DNA of 64,000 nucleotides from Legionella sp. (GTDB lineage Bacteria; Pseudomonadota; Gammaproteobacteria; Legionellales; Legionellaceae): NCBI GenBank assembly GCA_044233795.1, contig JBIIJL010000001.1, positions 69,466 to 133,465 of the forward strand, read 5' to 3'. Shown piece by piece: positions 58,056 to 64,000 of this stretch (position 1 is its first letter; each line of letters starts with the position of its first letter). The notes under the pieces were generated by a model. It saw only the letters and a program-made list of their open reading frames with translations, ran no database searches and was not told where the DNA came from. The position numbers and the translations under genes were made by a program.

Positions 58056-58868
58056 ATGAATCCAAAAGCTCAATTAGCCGTAGGTGTATTTGATTCAGGG
58101 ATGGGTGGCTTAACGGTACTTCGCGCATTGCGTGATGCTTTACCCAATGAATCGTTTATCTATTTAGGGGACATGGCGAGGCTTCCCTATGGGACTAAAA
58201 GCCCTGCGACCGTTCAACAATATGCGTTCCAGATGGCGCGCATTTTGGTTGAGAGGCGTATCAAGGCGATGGTGATCGCATGTAACACTGCAACCACCGC
58301 AGCTTTGCCTCATTTAAATGCATTGCTACCTGACTTACCTATCATAGGTGTGGTGGCACCTGGTGCAAAAGCTGCAGTCGCTACCACCAAAAATCAACGG
58401 CTGCTGGTGCTTGCAACAGAAACAACCATTGCTGCCAACGCCTACCAACAATTGATTAAAAAAGCATTGCCAAATGCAGTAGTCTCCGCTCGGGCTTGTA
58501 GTTTGCTAGTGGCTCTTGCTGAAGAAGGCATGGTGAGCAATGCCATTGCGCAAGCCACGCTTTCGCATTATTTGTCCGAAATTCACGATGAAGATACGAT
58601 TCTTTTGGGTTGTACTCACTTTCCCGTGTTTAAGCCTTTGTTACAACAACTTCTACCCGCGGGCGTTGCAGTGGTTGACTCAGCTGATGCCACAGCGGTG
58701 GCCTTTAAAGCCCTACTTGCTGAACAAAATCTTCTCAATAGTATGATTGATGTCAATGGATCAACCCATTATTTGGTCACCGATTCCAAGCAGCGCTTTC
58801 AAAAAATTGGAGAACTTTTTTTAGGAGAGGCATTGGGGGAGCAGGAGATTGAATTGATTGATGTATAA
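58056..58868 (+). CDS. murI: Glutamate racemase
   Basis: 270 aa with GVFDSGMGGLTV, the two catalytic Cys contexts (IACNTAT and LGCTHFP). Confidence 0.92.
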   Translation: MNPKAQLAVGVFDSGMGGLTVLRALRDALPNESFIYLGDMARLPYGTKSPATVQQYAFQMARILVERRIKAMVIACNTATTAALPHLNALLPDLPIIGVVAPGAKAAVATTKNQRLLVLATETTIAANAYQQLIKKALPNAVVSARACSLLVALAEEGMVSNAIAQATLSHYLSEIHDEDTILLGCTHFPVFKPLLQQLLPAGVAVVDSADATAVAFKALLAEQNLLNSMIDVNGSTHYLVTDSKQRFQKIGELFLGEALGEQEIELIDV

Positions 58869-59037
58869 CTCAATTTGATAGTTCAAGAAGATTCAAATAA
58901 GTGTTAAAATTATGGCTTAGGACAACTATTGTCGAGCACAATTTTAAAAAGACGTACGCTATCTTGCGTGCGAAAGTATGTTTAAAGAGCCATTTTCTAT
59001 TTAAATAATGCCTAAGATTAATCAAAAGCTTTTGCTA

Positions 59038-59069
59038 ATAATCTTCTCTTAATAAAACTTGTCTACAAT
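59038..59069 (+). promoter_or_regulatory. Weaker PmrA-like box plus -10 element upstream of the kinase ORF
   Basis: ATAATctt-ct-cTTAATaaa (half-sites start at 59038 and 59049, 11-bp register; the first half-site is 4/5). Then 7 nt, then TACAAT (59064..59069). The spacing and -10 hexamer are the same as at 55646..55678. Confidence 0.3.
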
Positions 59070-59109
59070 GAAATAAGTGTGCAACTATATTGTGATAAGA
59101 GAATCATAA

Positions 59110-62100
59110 ATGATCTTTTACAAGCGATTTCTAGAAGAGATTAAGCGAATTAACTTTACGCAAGGAGCGGGTGCTGAGATTCATCGCCTGGTGTTTGCGA
59201 GTGCATATCAAGCGCTAGAAGAGCTGCGTCAACGACTGGATGAGAAGATTGGTTTACTACCAGACAATATACCCGCTGATATCGAAGCAAATTCTCAGTT
59301 ACAAACATCTCGCCAACGATTATTGCGCGACAAAGAGTATCTTGACCGAGAGCTAGGGGTGATAAAGGCCTCAGCCGTCGAGGCAAATTTGGTACTTGAA
59401 GGTGAGTTAAGCTTCGATGATAATTTTATTCATGACTTTTCAAGCTATTTTCGCGATCTTAAACACCTAGCTGAAATATTATCTGATGCACCAACGCTGA
59501 TTAAGGCCCATCAAACATCCATTTATGCGAGCATTCTTAGTAAGCTATCGTTGCCTGAGCAAGAGCATCAACTTCAAATGTTATCTACGCATCAAATCTC
59601 AGATCTTCTTAAGCATGCGATACGTACTTTTGATGAGGTAAAAGATCCTACGCTGCGCCAGAAATGCCAGCAAATTGTACAGATGTCTTGTTTTGAACTG
59701 GTTGCACGACAAACCAAGCCCCTTAAATCCGCTGAGTCTTCTCACGAAGCGCACCAACAATACCAAGCCATGCTGAGTGCTTTAATTCAGCAAATACCTG
59801 ATGTTCACGAATCTGACATCTTAGATAGCTTAAGTAAATATCAAAATACCCAAGGTGAGACTATAGGGGAAATGCTATATCAAGCAACACGACAATTAAA
59901 TATTTTCGATAGTGATGGGCTAAGCGATGAATCAGATGCCCGAACTTCTACTCTTCAAACAAGAAAGCTTTGTCATACACTTCGTTTTGGTCAAGACGAT
60001 AGGCGTGAATATGTTAGCAAACGAAAAGAATTTATGGCGCGCGATCTCTTTTGGGCAAGAAACATCCGAGATATTGAATTGTTCACCAAAAGCAGTTATG
60101 CCGATGATATGTTTCAATCGTTAGGTTTAAAAAGATATTTAGCACAGAGTATTCCTGAGGCAAAGGAAGCTTCAAGGGTAAAGGGCAAAACTGCTGTAAA
60201 GTCGACGGGTATAAGAAGGCCAGTGATACGGGCATTGGATGCCGTCAAAAGTGCTGTAGCAACATTAAAATTTCCCATTGGTGATAAACAGCACCTGCTA
60301 GACAAAGATCAAAAAAAAAGATGCATAGAGGAGATTTCAAGATATCTAGATGACGTTGAAAAAACACCTCTGCTCAAGCGAAATGAGAAAGGCGAAATTA
60401 GCATAGAATTTGTCCAATTCAAGGATACTAAAGAAAGAGCTGAATCATTGTATGGCTCGATCATCTTGGGGGGGGGGTTCAACCAACTCAGTGACACCAT
60501 GGCAGCCGCAGCAGAACATCAGGGTGTTTTTGGAGAGGACCAATTTTATAAGGTGACAGGTGATTCGCTTGCAGAGATTAGAGAAAAACTAGAAGAAAAA
60601 AGTGATGTTTGGAAGCCCGATGCTTTAGTTTACGAGAAATTTTTGAAAGGGATTGAAAGCGCTGCAGGTGGAGATATTAGCTCTCTTAGATTAAACAGTG
60701 GCGAAGAATTGTTACTTCGAAAAGTGTTGGAGTTGTATTATTTTTATCATGGGCAAAAAAGCTTGCCTGAGGATTTAAAACCTTATTTTAAACTTCTTAC
60801 TGAGGGTAAATATCGTGAGTTAGTATTATACGAGGCACTTCCAGCACTTGTTGACCAAAGTTATCAGCGCATTGCGACTTATAATCCCGAGGAATTCTCG
60901 CCAAATTTAAAACCGGTCATTTTAAAAGCACAAACAATTGTGGGGTCAGCAAAAGAACGGCAAGAAAAACTGATGGCTTTGCAAGAAGGTATAAAAACGC
61001 AAGATGTTCAGAAATTAAAGACTGTATTTTTAGAAGAATATCAATCAATGAGTTCAACACTATTGCTGAGCGAGGATGAAGACTCTCGATTAGCAAAAGA
61101 TATTGGCTTAATGGCAGAGGAGTTGCTCAAATTAATTTCTCAAACAAACGAAGGTAAGCCGGTATTTACAACTGAAGAAGAAGACGCATATTTTTCTGCA
61201 CTTGCTGCGATAGCAAGGCAACTCTCCCCGACTCAGTTGCATGATGTTCAATTTAAAATTCCTCACAGTGTGCGGGGGGCTCTGGATGTTGATATAGTGT
61301 TTGCAGATGGTCTCCGACAAACAATTAACATCGAATTACAACGTGCTTTACCTTATTCCCTTATCAAGCCTCCGGGTGATGCTGAATGCGTATTTTCCTA
61401 TGGCGGGAGTCGTGGGATTATTGCGCCTTTTGCAGGTCTTGATGATGCATACGCTGGAAAGGGTAAGAAGAAAGGACGTTTTTTTACCCATAGCCGCTTG
61501 CTTGGCGTAGGTCAATATGGAGTTGTGAAAGAGGTCGAGGGACTGGTGACTTCTTTAAACCAAGTCATTAAAAAAGGGTTCGTTGCAGGTGATGAGTCCA
61601 CATTCGTTGAATCTTCGCGCAGTGATTTAAGGACGCGCCCAATCTCTGCCAGAAATGATCCACTTTATCGCCAAGAAAGTACGATTCTACAAGCATTATC
61701 AAAAGCCTCTGGTAAGAAAAAAGCGAGTTTGATGAATGGTACGCAATTTTGGTTGATAGATGATAAAAAGCGTGAGAGGGGGCGTTTATTTGCACACGAT
61801 AGCACTCCGCGGCAATATCAAATCTTAACAGATAGAGCCCAAGGGGATACGTTCTCAGATATTGCCAATCGGCGTCTTAATAAGTTCAGCAAGGGTGATT
61901 TGGCTTACCACAATCCTTGTTGTGATGACCAAAGTAGCCCTATCAAAGATGTGTTGGCCATATCACTGGCTTTAGTGGAGGAGGCCGAACATTTCCAAAC
62001 ACTAGGATTTTCTCATAATGATATAAAGCCTGAAAATTTTTTAATCTTTCGTCGTCCGGATGGGCGATATGCTGTCAGGTACATTGATTGGGCAACTGGG

Positions 62101-64000
62101 GGATTTATTCTTCATTATGAAGGTCAAAATACAGAGTTAGTTGCTATTTTTACTGAAGTGTTTGGGAAAGATCTTCCCATTGAAGTAGAAAATAAAAAAA
62201 GAGCTCATGATAATCAGGGACGTTTTGTTGAAATTAAGGACAATGGCGACATTATTTATGGTATTAATCCGCGCTTGGAGATTTTGCACGGTGCAAGAAA
62301 CGCTACTTTGCCCTATATTAGTCCAAAAGTTCTTGGCGTGGATAGATCCAAATCCTCGATGCCCTCAGGCGTGCTAGATAGAAACTTTGATACGCATCTT
62401 GAGACCTGTGAGCCTATGATGGATGATTGGGCGCTGACAGCCTTGACGTTTGGTGTTTGTAATCGACAAGCTTATTTTGCATTGGCCAAAGGGCGGGTTG
62501 TTGGGGATTATGTGATCCCTGGAGTCATCGATGCAGATGGTAAACAGCCGCTTGGCTTGAAAATTGTTGATGTGAATAAATTCAACTCATATTTCATGCC
62601 TGAAGATTGCGATGCAGTGACAGATGATACACTTGCTTCAGGGAGCGCCTATCAAAAACAAGATGCGGTGATGTTCATCCCCTCCAATCAACGGGAAGGT
62701 GAGCCGCTTCATCTTTATCGACGATTGTTAGCCATTAAAAACTCTTTAGGGAATGCTGATCCTGAAAGAATATCACTCAAGCAAGATATAGAGAAGGTGT
62801 TATCAGAAGTGCATACAGCCATTGCGAGTGGCGAAGGACTTAGCCGTCAAATGCTAAAAAAGGCGCTTCAGTGTGCTGAAATCTGTATCAAAAATTATGA
62901 AAAAATAAATGATGAGACTTATCTCTTGGCAGATCGTAAACGAACTGTTTTAGATGAGATTGTAGCTAAATACCAAGAAAGGGATTCACTCAGTGTAACA
63001 GATCTATTAAAAACTGCTGATGAGCGTATGAGTGAGCTTTGGGTATTGTGTACTTACCCCAAGACAGATAGTGCATTGACTTCGGTATTACAACTTTTAA
63101 ACAAAGCTTTTGATGAGGCGAGTTTTCGTGAATATTGCCTTAGTAAAGATGCTATGTACAGAGAGTTATTGACCGCGGTACTTGCAAGTAAAAATCCTCA
63201 AGTAGTATCGTGTCTTTTGACACATGTTAAGCAACACAATCCTGATTTTATTAATCTTGTTCGAGAGCAAGGGTTATTGCATCATGCCCTACAAGAAGGA
63301 GATACTGATGTTGCAACAGCTCTTGTTAATGCTTTAAAAAGAGCGGGCGCCTCAGAAGAAAACATTTTTGATTTACTTCTTAAGGAGTATGGAACCGCTC
63401 AGAACCAAATCACGGGTCAGCCACAGATCAAATGGGCCATCAATGCACTTAAGATTGCAATACAAAATGGTAGTGAAAAACAGCTAGCACTGATACTTGA
63501 TTTTCTGCCACAGGGGGAGAAATATGATGATGTGATAAGCGAAGCTTTGCATTTATCAGCCGTATATTCTCAAGTGGCGTTGTTTGAATTGATTGAGAAA
63601 AAATATAACAGTATCAATCCTACACACAAGTTGACGGCCGGGCGGTTGCTTACCACGGTTTTTGCACCAGATGATAGTTCACCATATCATCTTTTTTTAC
63701 GCGATGAAAAAACCCTAGCTTCAATCGATTGGGTTGCTTTGAAAGAACAACGAAGCCTCGGGGTTCGTTTTTTACTTAGTGATGCTTCTAAAGATGCTCA
63801 TAGTTATCCTCTCATGGTGGCCTTAGCAAATAGTAACTATAGAGGTTTAGAGGCGTTGCTAGAGCTTGGCGATAATATTCGGTTAAGTGCAGAAGATTGG
63901 CAGTCATTTTATAAGCAGACTGACGTTTTTGGTAAAAGTAGCCTCAATTATTTGTTGGAACAGGGACATTTTGATGTGTTGCCTAAATATTTGAAAGGCA
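59110..64000 (+). CDS. Large effector-like protein with eukaryotic-type Ser/Thr protein kinase domain and C-terminal ankyrin repeats (LegK-like); 3' end beyond the window
   Basis: Absent from the ORF track because it runs off the window. I translated it by hand: open from ATG 59110 (in-frame TAA at 59107) to base 64000, more than 1,630 codons. Kinase motifs: LGVGQYGVV (G-loop, about 61501), VIKKG, FSHNDIKPENF (62014..62037), IDWATGG (DFG equivalent, 62083..62103), PYISPKV, DDWALTALTFG. Ankyrin-like repeats start at about 63100 (GLLHHALQEGDTDVATALVNALKRAGA; YPLMVALANSNYRGLEALLELGDNI). Confidence 0.85.
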   Translation, partial: MIFYKRFLEEIKRINFTQGAGAEIHRLVFASAYQALEELRQRLDEKIGLLPDNIPADIEANSQLQTSRQRLLRDKEYLDRELGVIKASAVEANLVLEGELSFDDNFIHDFSSYFRDLKHLAEILSDAPTLIKAHQTSIYASILSKLSLPEQEHQLQMLSTHQISDLLKHAIRTFDEVKDPTLRQKCQQIVQMSCFELVARQTKPLKSAESSHEAHQQYQAMLSALIQQIPDVHESDILDSLSKYQNTQGETIGEMLYQATRQLNIFDSDGLSDESDARTSTLQTRKLCHTLRFGQDDRREYVSKRKEFMARDLFWARNIRDIELFTKSSYADDMFQSLGLKRYLAQSIPEAKEASRVKGKTAVKSTGIRRPVIRALDAVKSAVATLKFPIGDKQHLLDKDQKKRCIEEISRYLDDVEKTPLLKRNEKGEISIEFVQFKDTKERAESLYGSIILGGGFNQLSDTMAAAAEHQGVFGEDQFYKVTGDSLAEIREKLEEKSDVWKPDALVYEKFLKGIESAAGGDISSLRLNSGEELLLRKVLELYYFYHGQKSLPEDLKPYFKLLTEGKYRELVLYEALPALVDQSYQRIATYNPEEFSPNLKPVILKAQTIVGSAKERQEKLMALQEGIKTQDVQKLKTVFLEEYQSMSSTLLLSEDEDSRLAKDIGLMAEELLKLISQTNEGKPVFTTEEEDAYFSALAAIARQLSPTQLHDVQFKIPHSVRGALDVDIVFADGLRQTINIELQRALPYSLIKPPGDAECVFSYGGSRGIIAPFAGLDDAYAGKGKKKGRFFTHSRLLGVGQYGVVKEVEGLVTSLNQVIKKGFVAGDESTFVESSRSDLRTRPISARNDPLYRQESTILQALSKASGKKKASLMNGTQFWLIDDKKRERGRLFAHDSTPRQYQILTDRAQGDTFSDIANRRLNKFSKGDLAYHNPCCDDQSSPIKDVLAISLALVEEAEHFQTLGFSHNDIKPENFLIFRRPDGRYAVRYIDWATGGFILHYEGQNTELVAIFTEVFGKDLPIEVENKKRAHDNQGRFVEIKDNGDIIYGINPRLEILHGARNATLPYISPKVLGVDRSKSSMPSGVLDRNFDTHLETCEPMMDDWALTALTFGVCNRQAYFALAKGRVVGDYVIPGVIDADGKQPLGLKIVDVNKFNSYFMPEDCDAVTDDTLASGSAYQKQDAVMFIPSNQREGEPLHLYRRLLAIKNSLGNADPERISLKQDIEKVLSEVHTAIASGEGLSRQMLKKALQCAEICIKNYEKINDETYLLADRKRTVLDEIVAKYQERDSLSVTDLLKTADERMSELWVLCTYPKTDSALTSVLQLLNKAFDEASFREYCLSKDAMYRELLTAVLASKNPQVVSCLLTHVKQHNPDFINLVREQGLLHHALQEGDTDVATALVNALKRAGASEENIFDLLLKEYGTAQNQITGQPQIKWAINALKIAIQNGSEKQLALILDFLPQGEKYDDVISEALHLSAVYSQVALFELIEKKYNSINPTHKLTAGRLLTTVFAPDDSSPYHLFLRDEKTLASIDWVALKEQRSLGVRFLLSDASKDAHSYPLMVALANSNYRGLEALLELGDNIRLSAEDWQSFYKQTDVFGKSSLNYLLEQGHFDVLPKYLKG
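60468..60477 (+). repeat. G10 homopolymer inside the kinase ORF
   Basis: ttGGGGGGGGGGttc encodes LGGGF in frame. An A9 run (60312..60320) lies 150 nt upstream. Confidence 0.9.

Noticed and set aside
59156-61795. Seven short track ORFs (60-76 aa; five on the minus strand, two off-frame on the plus strand) between 59156 and 61795.
   Set aside because: All lie within the uninterrupted plus-strand ORF of more than 1,630 codons starting at 59110, which has clear kinase and ankyrin motifs. They are shadow ORFs.
1-64000. Search for tRNA, rRNA, tmRNA, integrase, toxin-antitoxin or known defence-system genes.
   Set aside because: No T-loop/GTTCGA-type tRNA signatures in the intergenic regions, no rRNA-like stretches, and no ORFs with integrase, TA or restriction-modification motifs were recognised.

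Overview
This 64-kb chromosomal window looks like a Legionella-type (Legionellales) gammaproteobacterium. That assignment is an inference from the DnaK sequence, gene order, a DUF1566/Lcl-type protein, a PmrA-type tandem TTAAT box and many eukaryote-like domains. The conserved backbone is: recG (partial, runs off the left edge, missing from the ORF track), argS, a SPOR protein, folB, hemE, class II DAHP synthase, grpE-dnaK-dnaJ with recognisable sigma32 promoters, carA-metK-ahcY then carB-greA, an Rrf2 regulator with sufBCDS-sufU-sufT-epmA, a Zn-ADH, an AddB-like nuclease, pilU, dapA with a mini BamC-like lipoprotein, and murI. Effector-like accessory ORFs sit singly between these blocks: (1) a P1B-ATPase homologue with degenerate catalytic motifs and a CaaX-like C-terminus; (2) a candidate OTU-like protease with a TM hairpin; (3) a lipase-like/coiled-coil/TM-hairpin protein; (4) a 2,273-aa giant protein combining about 10.5 tandem 51-aa LRR units, a transglutaminase-like Cys-His core and a chain of midasin/AAA_5-like ATPase modules; (5) an atypical kinase-like protein; (6) a MATCAP/DUF1704-like metallopeptidase; (7) a 747-aa coiled-coil protein behind a near-consensus PmrA box; (8) a protein of more than 1,630 aa, a LegK-like Ser/Thr kinase with ankyrin repeats, that runs off the right edge (also missing from the ORF track) and carries an in-frame G10 tract. 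A 290-bp IS5-family remnant and two families of short intergenic repeats bracket the giant gene. I recognised no rRNA, tRNA, CRISPR array, integrase or prophage genes. All functional calls are motif-level readings of the translations; no database search was possible.
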